Source: Pavona decussata
Taxonomy: Eukaryota
Length of the DNA stretch: 64,000 nucleotides
Assembly (NCBI GenBank): GCA_977016875.1
Contig: CDRNST010000011.1
Coordinates: forward strand, 1,426,001 to 1,490,000
Reading direction: 5' to 3'
Under the pieces are notes generated by a model. The model saw only the letters and a list, made by a program, of their open reading frames with translations, was not told where the DNA came from and did not search any database. This document shows, piece by piece, positions 38,731 to 50,700 of this stretch. A program made the position numbers and the translations under genes. Within the stretch, counting starts at the first letter, position 1; each line of letters opens with the position of its first letter.

Positions 38731-39024
38731 GGAATTTTTTGGTTGGGTGTGCAGCCCTGGGCCTATTCTTGACTAAAACATGTAATTTCCAGTCCTTTTT
38801 TTCAGACCTGGCTTCTCAAATTCATACCTTTTCAGACCTGGTTCCTAGAATCCATAACCATTTTCAGGCTTTCAGACCAAAATGGTTAAAATCTAAAACC
38901 TTCGCCATTGGTGCGGTACATACCTAAATAGCTTATAAAGGGGTGTACTCCCTCCCAGGGGTGGCAAGATTTTGGCACACCACCATACATTATGTCACTG
39001 GCAGTGTCACTGGTATACATTTTG

Positions 39025-39482
39025 CCCGGGGGAGGGGGGGGGGGGGTACTCCTTGGAATTCTTGGTGGGAGTGTGCCGCCCGGGTCTTCAAATCCCGACC
39101 CTATTTCAGACCTAAACATGCCATTTTCCACACCCGTTTTCAGACCTGACCTCTAAAATTCATACCCATTTTCAGACCTGATAATTATGCATCAGTGCCG
39201 AACAAAAGTTGACGCAAGGAGTAAAAGTAAGCTGGAATGACATAGTTTATCTATTTCTTTTTCTCGCTATCAGTTAGTCGTTCCAGTTACGTACTGAGAA
39301 GAAAAATACATTCGTAAGCTTTCGTAAATGTTCCCCGCCCCAAAAACCCGACCCGATTTCAGACCATAATTGTCAAAATCTATACCCGTTTTCAGACCAA
39401 AACGGCTCAAAAACCATACCCTTTGGGGCGGCACATACCTATATACCTTATATAGGGGAGTACCCCCCCCCCCCCCCCCGGG
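39025..39482. mobile_element. MITE with CCCGGG-poly(G)-TACTCC termini and 8-bp target duplication
   Basis: acattttg|cccggggg..gtactcc ... ggagtacccc..cggg|acattttg; internal tttcagacc repeats. An older related fragment lies at about 38730-38960. Confidence 0.85.
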
Positions 39483-40422
39483 ACATTTTGTGACTAGAAG
39501 CTGTGTGCATGTATAATTTCTAATTAATGTGTGGAGCTGTGCACAAATCTTTCCCTGGTGATTTTATCATGGTAAACTCAGTCAGTTTTTTTCGGAGGAT
39601 GCCTGTGTCACTTACTGAATAATGCATCATTCTCATAAAAAGAGTATTTCCTGTACAACTGAATGATAAGAAATGAACTTATTCATCAGTGCAATTTCCA
39701 TCTGTCAAGCCAAACAATCCCATAATCTGTCACTCGAACCAGTCTCCTCTTTTCTGGAAGTGGAAGTAGGTCATTTCCGAGTTACTTTGTACCTCATTAT
39801 GAAGGTGAGGCTAAGTGCAAAGCTTCTCATGTGAAAATTAGTTTTGTTCAGTTGTCTATGAAAGAAAACTAATATAATTATTTTTATCACAAAAACTATG
39901 TGTGAAGCTTCACTTTCATAATGAGGTTCAAAGCAACTTGGCAATGGCCTGTGATAATCTGTTTTATTATGCTTGGAAACAAACATACATTCTTCAATGA
40001 ATGCAGAATTCCTTTGAGTCGCATTATCACATCATAAAGGATAAGTGAAATTACACTGCCGGGTGGCTAGAGCTACTGCTACTTATAAACCTGGCCAATT
40101 TTATCCAAACACAACAACGTACGTTATTAACACAACAAGTCAATCAAAAACAAAAACATAAAACCAGTGCCAAGAACTGGAAAATGCACATAAGCCAAGT
40201 CATGGCTGGGCTTTGTTGAACTCTAAAGACTTGTTTGGCTAACAAAACAGTCCATCAATTTTGTTCTTATTGGTAAGAAAGAAGTTTTGTGAGCATATCC
40301 AACTATTTACACAGCTTAGCTACATTGACTGTTGAACAATATGATTTGTACAGCATCAACTACAAGTTCAGGTTGTTGAGTTATTTTGCATTTCTCTGCT
40401 ACTGAAGGAAACAAAATCAACA

Positions 40423-43400
40423 TTAATCCCTGGTAAGGTATACAGTGAGTATGCCAATCAGAAATAGCACCAGTACTCCGAACGTCACCAGGAAGAATCT
40501 TTTCACGGCAGACCGTGTATTGCTCCCTTCTTGCACTATCTTATCCAGGAGATCAGAAGTTACTGCCACGTAAAGTTTGTGGAAAATGTCCTTGGACGGT
40601 GAAAGCAGTTCCTCAGGAGTGCAACCTGAAAAAAAAATCCCTATACTGTCATATGTTTGTGTCTAAGGTGTTTCGCAACATTTCTAAGTTGATGCGAGGT
40701 ATTACTGTATGACAATTCAGTTACTACTGCAAACGAGAGTAATGGTAAGTAAGGATCGAAACATTTTCATACCTTGTATGTATCATTTGAAGAGCATAGA
40801 GCATAACTGACATATTAATAGTGCTTTTTTATTACTTTTTGTTGTTTTAGCTCAAATTCACAAGATTTTTTGCCTTTGGCCCTAACTTCCTTCAGCAAAT
40901 GTTGCCTTAATGCTTTATCCGCACTTTGTTCTGTGACAAAAATGGACATCTTGTTCATAATGATAGGTTTTTTGTCGCAAAAGAAGCCCAAAGAAGTGGA
41001 TAAAATACTCATGTCTGGGGCAATGTTTCCCAAACTGAAAGGAATTGAAGGTTACATGCAAAAAAAATTCAGCGAATCTGAGCTGAAAAAAATAAAAGTG
41101 ATCTAAAGGTGCTTAATAGGTTGGTTTTGCCTCGAGCCCTTCATTTAGAAAAGTTGCTGCATTTAAACCAGAAGCAATTCATCTAGGTGATAATATTACT
41201 TCCAAGTGGTTGTGCAGTGCACAAATGCAAACTTTTTAAATTTGTATTAAATAGTTACATATTTGGAAAAGTCACTGGTGGGGTAAATTTTGAAAGAATT
41301 AATTGTGCGGGAAAATGTTCTTCTCAGCAACTTATTTTAGCAATTTTTGAATTCAAAACAGTAGCAACATTCACAATACAATATTACAACCCACAAAATA
41401 TGGAGACAGCATGGTTCAGTGGTTAGAGTGCTGGACTTGTAATCTGGAGGCCCTGAGTTCAACTCGGCTCTGACCACTTGGATTTGTTTCACAGTAACCC
41501 CATTTTCAAATCCAAGGCCACGCTTTGTAAATAGTCAACTGGTTTACCTCCCACCAGTTGGGATTTTTAATATACATTCAGCCTGTTTATGTATTTCACT
41601 GATTTATAGTGTCCCCAATTAGCACTACAGAGCTAAATACTTCACATAAAGTCATTTATTTATTAATTTATTTTATATCATGCCATAATAATGTGGTATC
41701 TCAATATTTTTACTCAACCCACCCCTCTCTGAGTAAAATAATGTCAGACAGGTATCAAAGACTTGTTGATACACAAACAGAGTTGCTGTTTTGTAGTGGA
41801 GTAATAAGCCTTACCTTGATGCAGTTCTTCATACATACTATGCGCCATTTGTCCATTGAATGTCTTGTGAATACACGGTGTAAGTACAGGCTCACAAAGA
41901 GTATAGTTAAGGTGAATAGCATCTCTTAGAACACACTGCCACTGACAAAAGCTGTGTGCTGCTTGAAGATCAAAAGGCTGAGAGGAACGTTTCCCTTGGA
42001 TCCTTTTGCCCTTCTCTTCTGTCAAATCTTCTTCCAAGGTTGGCTTAACACAACAACACAGTAATGCTACGAGGTGATTCATTTTCACTAATGGCTGTGC
42101 ATGACTGATGAGATAACGGAGGGATGCTGTGATTAACTTGAACCTCTCTGGCAACAACCTGATGTGAGTTGTGTCAGCATCGAGCGCAAATAGCAAAAAA
42201 TGTAATCTTTCATCAGCATCAAGGTGTGGGATTAGACTTCGACTTGGGACCACACCCTCTTCACAGGGTGCAACTTTTGACTGTTTCATGGTCATATCTT
42301 CTCTGTCCCATTCATGGATTGTCATTCTGTTTCTCTTTCCTTCATCTTCTCCAACATTGTTTAGAACACTGAAAACAAACTGCCTAAGCTGCAGAGAACA
42401 GTGGTTTGCTGATATTTCCAGAAAGTTTTCAGCTTGTACATTAAGGAAGTATTTTCCCCCTGTTAAACCGCTTATGCATTTGATGGAAAACTGCCCTGCA
42501 CGAAACCGATGCAAAACCCATTGCTCAATCTCATGGCCATTCTGAGTTCTCAAAGAGCTGCAAATGGTGCCACTTTCAAAATAGCCTAACAAATTTGATT
42601 CTTTGATGTTATATTCCTGAAGAGAAAGCTCAACAGCTTGCTGCAGTTCATCTCTGCTTTTCATTGATGGGATCACTTGCAGAGCAGATTTGAGAGCCTC
42701 CTCTTGAGAACATGAACTGGGTAGCTCAGACAACATGTTAGCAATACTTGCAAACACTTCTCTTTTCCTAAAACGACTTGCCACCTGAATGGGACTCACT
42801 GCTTGGTGAAACACTGCTAGTGTGTCTGAACTGACATAATCGTTGCCTGCCAAAGAAGCAAACAGAGGAGTCAATTCTGCACAAATTCGAAGGTGTGATG
42901 CCAGTTTACACCGATAGAAAATATGGCCTGTTAATCGATCCAAGTTCCAGTGGAGAAAAGGCAGTGGAATGTAACCTGCTTGGATGTCAAATATGAAGAA
43001 GTCACTGTCACTGCTTAGGACTGGGCAGTTCCATGCTGCAGCCAGGGAGGCAATTTCTGCGTCGGCTTCACTGTTGGGAAGATAAAAGAAGATTGCATCT
43101 CACATCATCAATAAGTTGTTAACTCGTGAATGCGCGCATGCGCAATGAACGAGTTATAGCGATAGCTGACTCTCGACTTGGTCGATCAGTCGATCAGTCG
43201 ATCAGGCGATCAGTCGGTTTTGTCGTTAACTTTCGGGCGTGCGCAGTGAATGAGTTTTAAATTCAATTAGTGGAAAAAAACACGCGAACATTTGTTGTTC
43301 ATGGCGCATCAGGAAATTCTTATTCAATATGTAGAGAATAATTTGACGATCATTTAGTGCAAGAATGGCGATTTTTCGTTCAATCTGAGCAAAGTTTCAA

Positions 43401-46019
43401 GTTTTTTCAGTTTTTCAGAAAGTCGGGGGTCGTAAACTCAATTAGTGAAAAAAAAAAAAAACGTGAAAATTTGTTTCACGACGCGTCAGAATTCTCTCAT
43501 TCATTCTGTAGAGAATAATTTGACAATCATTTTAGTGTAAGAATGGGGATTTTTCGTTGAATCTGAGCAAAGTTATAGGATTTTTTCGTTTTTTTCTACG
43601 AAGTGCGGTTTCTTTCAAGAATTAAAAATAATTTAATTTAAAAATAATTTAATTAAAAAATAATTTAATTTGTCAGTTTTCACGCGAAAGCGGAACGTGC
43701 CATGTCACGCATCATTGACGTCGTAAACAAAATTATGCAAATTTCTGGTGAAATGAACACTTTTAAGATCTTGTCAGCTTTCATAGAGGTTTCAAAGGGA
43801 AAAAATGTTTCATTTTCGAAATTTACAACTGGTAATTTATGGGAAAGCAAAAGGACGCGGTCGATAAATAATTCTTATTTAGCAAGAGCTTGTCATAGTT
43901 CATCATTTTTACTTGAGGATTGCGTGGACTGAACTCCAAAGGAAAAATTTCACGCATTTATGTCGGGCATGAATCGTAATGCGATACTTTGTTGAACATA
44001 TTTCCCTTTGTGAGATCGGCTTGCCCTACAGTAATTTTGTAATTTTAATTCCCAAAAAAACTTCACTTGCCCATCGGGCAAGTGATGGTTAGAATCCACT
44101 AGCCCGATCGCGAAATCCAGTAGCCGCGGACTATCACACGAATTTGCATGACGTAGCTGCACATGGCGTGCTCCTATAAACTTTGAATAAAAAAAACACG
44201 TGATATTTTTTAATCGGCGCATCAGAATAATCGGCTTATTCAATCTGTACAGAATAATTTGACAATCATTTTAATAGTACAAGAATGGTCATTTTTCGTT
44301 ACATAATCGGGCAAAGATATAATTTCTTTTAGCTTTTGAGGAAGTTTCCGTAGCCGTCTAAATTGCAATTACTATGTGTCATCTGCATTCACGAGTTGGC
44401 TCACAGGAGCCTTTGATTTTAAAAATGAACTGTTGCCCTGAGCAATATGATTGGCAACATGATTGAAGCCAGCTAAGAAAGAAGCACCATGTCCTAACCA
44501 TGACACAAGTAAAAAAAAAAAATGTCCTAAGTGAGAATCAAACCCAAGGTTCGACTGATAGGGAGCAATCTGATTTTTTTCCGAGTATACCTGTGTCACT
44601 TACTGAATAACGCATCATTCTTACTTATTTTACCAGGTTTAAAATATTCCATCATTGAACATATGTCACACATGACATCCAATCCTAGCAGTATGCAGGA
44701 TGTTTGTGCCATGAACCTAGTTTAATGGCCTTAGCTCCCACAAGTGTCCTCACATAGTGTAGCTCAGTGGTAGAGCATCTGAACTAGTAATCGGAAGGTG
44801 TTAGGTTTGGATTTTTTTCCACGTATGCCTGTGTCGCGTATTGAATAATTCATCATTCTCAAACCCATAACTAGTTTGTAACCATTCAGATGGTCTAACT
44901 ACTAATTAAGCTTCTTGGAGAGTCTGGCAAGCTAGGCCACGTATGAAACGCATTCTGCATACTGCTAGGATCAGTAAATACTGTATTGATAGCACCCAGA
45001 TGTGTTTCAAGATTTTTCAGTATTTTCTGTTTGTGCACAGAAATCCCAGTGTGAAGTCAAAGGGCTTTAGTGATTCATTTTAAGAAATCCTCTGCTCTTC
45101 TAGTCCCTGACTAGTGTAAATCATTATGTGAGAGCATCACATTCATTACCCTGTGTTCCGCTATTAACCCCCCAATGCTATCACTAATAATCCTCCAATT
45201 TATCTTAGTGCTTTCTTTTGTACTTAGCACAAACTCTTTATTTCTCTACCTTTACCATTTTCGCTCTCTAGAGTAATGGGGGTGTGGGGGGGGGGGGGGG
45301 AAGGTTTTCTTAGGGGCTTATAATATGGGCTTAATTGTGGGCATGAAATGAGTTGGTAAAAGTGTAATCCCTTACATTAGCTAAGCTTACATGTATGCCT
45401 TACTGACCGACCGACTATCAAAGCGGTATGGAAAATGAAATATTCGTTAGTGAAAACGCTCATAGAACCAACATATTTGAAAAATAAAAAAAATTAAAAC
45501 AATAAAAAAGCCTAGATATGGGGTTTGGGATTTCGGGCCATACGCTTTCATCCATATAATCTTCCACGTAATCACTACCTACTTGTCACAGATCGCAAAC
45601 TTAATGTCTCGATCCCTCAGCGCCTGTAGAAACACAAACTTGGTCAAAAGCGGAAGTAGAAAGGGCGTCCGGCCATAAGGAGTGTTACCAGCTGACTCGG
45701 ACAAGACGTCAATAGCATTGTTGACCTTGTTTTCCGCTCGCTTCTTAAGTGTTTCCAGTTTTTTGTCACTCGAATCATTTGCACCGTCGAAAACCACAAA
45801 GCATTCCACACATTTGGAGTTCAGAACATCGAAAAACGAAACCACGGCGTGGTAAAACTCGTCGTACTCTCCACCACATCGGCAATCTAATTTGTTTTCT
45901 TCGTAAAGATAGTAGCATAAACGAGATCCATCTATGACAAGTTTTGTGTCGTGAAGATCAATTGTTGTCCACAAGTTTTCGTTTGAGTTGATGAAGGATG
46001 TGAGTCCAGGAATCCCCAT
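40423..46019 (-). CDS. ASTE1: Protein asteroid homolog 1-like nuclease, copy B (631 aa) with predicted C-terminal transmembrane tail anchor
   Basis: Three exons 46019-45583, 43070-41815, 40625-40423 (1896 nt) with the same intron positions and phases as copy A. IDG, FDG, EAD, DSD and GNDY all intact. Exon 3 reads GCTPEELLSPSKDIFHKLYVAVTSDLLDKIVQEGSNTRSAVKRFFLVTFGVLVLFLIGILTVYLTRD*. Candidate minus-strand AATAAA at 39963-39968. Confidence 0.88.
41402..41675 (+). mobile_element. tRNA-derived SINE
   Basis: A box tggttcagtggttaga, B box gagttcaact, core aactggtt..ccagttgggattt, and a (ttta)n tail. Confidence 0.7.
43116..44420 (+). mobile_element. Non-autonomous Helentron (DINE-1/HINE-like) element in ASTE1-B intron 1
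   Basis: 13-bp subterminal inverted repeats aactcgtgaatgc (43121) / gcattcacgagtt (44385-44397). Partial inverted copy at 43142. (GTCGATCA)4 microsatellite, internal long repeats, and 3' hairpin ggctc-acag-gagcc plus T run. Confidence 0.7.
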
Positions 46020-46443
46020 TCTTCTGCAGCCAGTTGTCTACAATGTTCAAGGGAGAGAGGAACAATTTTTACTGGGCAGGGTAGGGTAGGGTAGTTGCGT
46101 GCCATTTTTTTTCCTCGGAACATCAGGATATTTCTTGCTTATAGAAAAGATACTAAGTACTAAATAAATATTTGTAAGCTTAATGGTTTAAAAAATTGTA
46201 ATTTAACACTCTAATGACAGAAATTTCCAGTCATTCCAGTTGGCTAATCGACCTAACACTGGACCCCTGGGGAAAGCGACAGACCCTCTTTAGTCAGCGG
46301 TACAACTATCTTCAGCAAAATACATCAAGTAAGCTTAGCTGAAGTTAGGCTCAAAACGAGCAGTATTCTGATCAGTGGCCACCGGTATTTTCACGAAATT
46401 TCGTCAATTAACGTCATTAAAAGGCGCAAATGATAACCGCAAG
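46020..46443. promoter_or_regulatory. Bidirectional promoter shared by ASTE1 copy B and mLST8
   Basis: Divergent start codons 424 bp apart. Blocks tcagcggta and atcaagtaagc.ta.ctgaag also occur upstream of copy A (about 38280-38336). Confidence 0.75.
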
Positions 46444-47755
46444 ATGACTGAAACAGATGGTTCTAGTGAACCGGTTATTTTGGCTACAGCGGGGTATGAT
46501 CATGCCATCAAGTTTTGGCAAGCTCACAGTGGAATATGTCACCGAACAGTGCAACATCCAGATTCTGTATCCTTTATAAAAAGCAAGTTAAAATGTTGTG
46601 AGCTTATGTGTTGGACTTAAAATTTGTTTTGAGTCTGCAAGTTTTCAAACCAGTTTAAGTTTTACTTTCCCTTGTCTTAGATTTATTACCAAGGCTGGAG
46701 CAAAGGAGAGTAAAAGTTAAAACTGGGTTGAAAAAATATTCCCAGAGACAGTGAATTATGTAAGCCTTACGCTAACTTAGAGCACAGTAGAGGCCCTAAA
46801 TATCTAAGTGAGTACTGGCCATAACAAATGGGGAGAGCTCTACTAAAATCCTTGTTGTTAAAGTGAGGATTATATGCACAAGAACAAGGTGATATTAGAA
46901 ATACATTGTACCAAAATAATGTTGTTTATATAACGTTCCTTTTATATGCATGTGATTGCTAGTTGCATTCTTTAACTGCTGTCTCAGCAAGTCAATGCCA
47001 TGCAGATCACCCCGGATAGGCAGTTGTTAGCTGCTGCAGGTAATAGGCCTTATCACGGTTTTCGACGCCATTTTGACGAGTAGGCAAACACGCTTGAAAT
47101 AACAGTGTGTATGGAAATCCGATGTCAAATAATTTTCATAAAACATCGCTTCTGAAAAATTCATGAATTGGAAACTTTTGGCACTAGGAAAAGGATTTTA
47201 AGAAAAAAAAATTGGAGGGATGTAGCTGTGCCAGAAAGCGTCCAGTCGTGTTTTGAACTGTCCATATATTTGTCTGTATTTTTTCCCCGCGAACTAATTT
47301 TAGTAGCAGTTCACAGCTGGTTTGCTATACAGACAAATGTGTGGAAAGTTCAAAACACGACTGGACGCTTTCTGGCACAGCTACATCCCTCCATTTTTTT
47401 TCTTAAGGACAGTGCCTACTAATACCGAAGTATTTTTGTGCGGTTTATGACTTTGCGGGAAAAACAGATCTTAGCAAGGGCTATTGGAATCCAAAAAGAA
47501 AATTGGGGGTAACCACGCATTTTTCAGAGATAATTAAGCATTAATATCTCTAAAAAATGCCAAAATATAAAGCAATGTATGGGATTTTTTCCTAAATGGA
47601 AGCTTAATTATCTCTGAAAAATGCATGGTTAACCACAATTTTTTTTGAGATACCAAAAGCATTGGGTAAGTTCTGCTTTCTCCGTATAGTTTTAGACCAT
47701 GCAAAAATATTCCTGTATTAGTAGGCACCACCCATAGGAAACCCGAGTATCTCGC

Positions 47756-47799
<44 letters not shown>

Positions 47800-50700
47800 C
47801 AAAATCCTTTTCCTAGTGCCAAAAGTTTCCAATTCATGAATTTTTCAGAAGTGATGTTTTACTGAAAGTATTTGACATCGGATTTCCATACAAACACTGT
47901 TATTTCAAGCGTGTTTGCCTACTCGTCAAAATGGTGTCGAAAACCGTGATACATGTATTCTCATTGTAATTAGATGTAAATTAGAAGTAGTGATCCATGC
48001 TCTCTGAAAATGTACATGTGCATGTGCATGTAGCAAGTGCATGTACATGCAGTGGTACTTCCCAGGAGGGATTAACTAAGGACTTCAGCTGTAATTCCTA
48101 TGAATTTGTCTTTCTTCAGTCTCTAAAAAATATTTATGACAGACCCGCCATTACTATCAGAAATTAATGGCAAAATAATAGCCTTATTAGCATATCTAAA
48201 ACATAAACAGCAAACCAGCTACAAATAAAGTAATGGTAGTTATTTTTGTAAAAATGTAAGCATGGTTTTCCAGGAGCCTTTTGGAAACATGGTAATTTGT
48301 TTGAGAATATTCAACATATCACACTAATACATTGTATTTGCACTGACTACCAAGATCATGGCCATTTGTTCATAGCTTGTTGTTTGATATATGATAGTGA
48401 GGCAAGATGTGCAGTTCAAGGAAAATTCCATAACCACCCCATGGAAGGTCATTGGGAATTCCTAGTGGGAGGGGGGTCTTATAGAAGCAAAGCATGAAGC
48501 TCAACTAAAATTTCCTGGAGGGATGGGGGTGCAAAACAGGAAAACCTTCCATGGGGAGAGTATGGATATTTTCTGATTACTGCACAATGGAACAGTAACA
48601 GCACCAAAGATTCTCCTATGCAGTAAATGTTAAGGATGGGATATATGAAGGAAATACCATAGTGGAAGTGGAATATGACCTGATCTTTTATAGAATTACA
48701 ATTATGGAATGATTCCACATATTTAGTGATGAGCTGCACTGATTCTCTGTTTTAGGTTATCAACACATCCGCATGTATGACATCAACTCCAGCAACCCCA
48801 GTCCTGTAAGTTATTAGCCTTGAACATACCGTATTGTTGTTACATGCTGTTACTAAGTATTATCTCTCAAGTTTTTTTGCATGATGTAAATTCGTCCGTC
48901 TTAAAGTTTTAGCCCGGATCCGCAGTAATTGGCCTTAGCTGTTGCGGTATCCCTGTCCATGTATTTACTGTTACTGTCCCCAGTTTCAGTTTCTGTTATG
49001 TCATTACATTCTTGCGATGTCTATTGGACAAAGCTAATAAATAAATAAAAAAATAAATTATACTGTAGGATAGGAATTGTATTTTGTTTAATACATGTAT
49101 CTATTTGTGATCAGGGTTCTTCATAAGGACACATAGAGCACATGCCTGGGAAAAATGTTACTTTTAGCAATAGGAAGTCGAAACTGTTCATTCCTAATGT
49201 TAGCAGCCGAGCTAAGAAATGCAAACGAGTGCAGTCTGGCACCTATAATTGCAGCTCGGCCAGGTTCTCTGTTGTGACTCACTAGCTATAATTCCTTCGT
49301 CTATTACAATATTATCAAACCATTCAACTATGTTGACCTTGGGAAACAAATTAAATTCAACTACTGTACTGCATGAACAACAGAATGAAGAATGTTTGGT
49401 AAAATTGAAGAACGTGCAGCTCCACAATAAACTTGTCAGGATAGTGGGCTGACAAATGACCAACAGCCAGCCGTCAAACAGTTAACAGTTCAGTGTTTTG
49501 CCATCTATCAAGAAACATGCTGAAATAAGCGATGCGTTGTTCCAGAAAATATCCATTCCCCCAAGGAAGGCTTTTTTACTTTGAAACCCCACTCCTCTGG
49601 AATTCGATTCAGCTTTTGAGAACACCCCCACCCCTCCCCTCAGAATTTCCAGTGACTTTCCATGGCATGGGCTGGGTAGGAATATTTTCTGAAACTACAC
49701 ACTTCAAATCTGTTCATGTATGCATTTGTTTCCCTCTAGTAGAGGGAAGGGGCCCTTGGCTCCTTGTACTACCCCCGACAGGTACTGCACTAGTACTACT
49801 CACAATGATACGAGTTTCAAAATGGTAGACTGTTCAAATTATTAGCCTGATGAGGCAGGGAATTTTGCCAATCTTTTTGTTTCTCTTATTGAAACTCTAA
49901 ATGATCAGATTGGAGACTTCTATTACTTTAATTCAGGTTGTGAATTATGACGGTGTGTCTAAAAATGTGACAGCTGTGGGATTTCATGAGGATGGCAAAT
50001 GGATGTACACTGGTGGAGAGGACTGCTCGGCTAGAATATGGGATTTGAGGTTTGTTCTTTCTTGGGTAATTAAGTTTGCGGTATTCAACTTGTCTTGAGC
50101 TAATCGGACTTCAAAGAAAAATATATGAGTCCCCCGACAGTAGTGAAGCCCATTATTGATCTTCTAGATTGATCAGATTTGTTGGATTCCTTGTGACAAT
50201 TTGAGGAACGTTTCCCCAAGAATGCTGACCAGGCCTACAACATGCCAAAGACAACATTTCCTCGTGTAGTAAATTATCCTGTCCCAAAGTCTTACTCATG
50301 ACCAGCATTACTGTCCTTCTGACTTTCTTGTATCTTGCATCACCTATTATTTATTCAAAATGCTTTCAATAGATGGATCTAGTCCTTCTTACAAGTGCAG
50401 ATCTTTAAGTGTGACTGTCTTGCATTGCAGGTCTCGTAACCTTCAGTGTCAAAGAGTGTTTCAAGTTAATGCTCCTGTGAACTGTGTTTGCCTGCACCCC
50501 AATCAGGTGAGAATAAAATGAGTGTAGTAAAAATGAAGGTCTCACTGCATAACTGGCCTATAGTGCATTTCAGATGGCTTTTTTCTTGTTTTAGTTCATT
50601 ATCCCCTAGGTTTTGCATGTGGACTTAAATTTCTTCGGAAACTATAGTTAGCGACAACTATAGTTAGCGATAGAGGAAATTGGTTGAAATTTGAAAACGT

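Noticed and set aside
40423-40520. Idea that the TM tail of copy B came from read-through across the duplication breakpoint into mLST8 intron sequence
   Set aside because: Only weak similarity to mLST8 intron 1, whereas in-frame anchors shared with the copy A tail favour remodelling.
48706-48746. C/D snoRNA-like boxes in mLST8 intron 2
   Set aside because: About 40 nt is too short and it overlaps the acceptor region.
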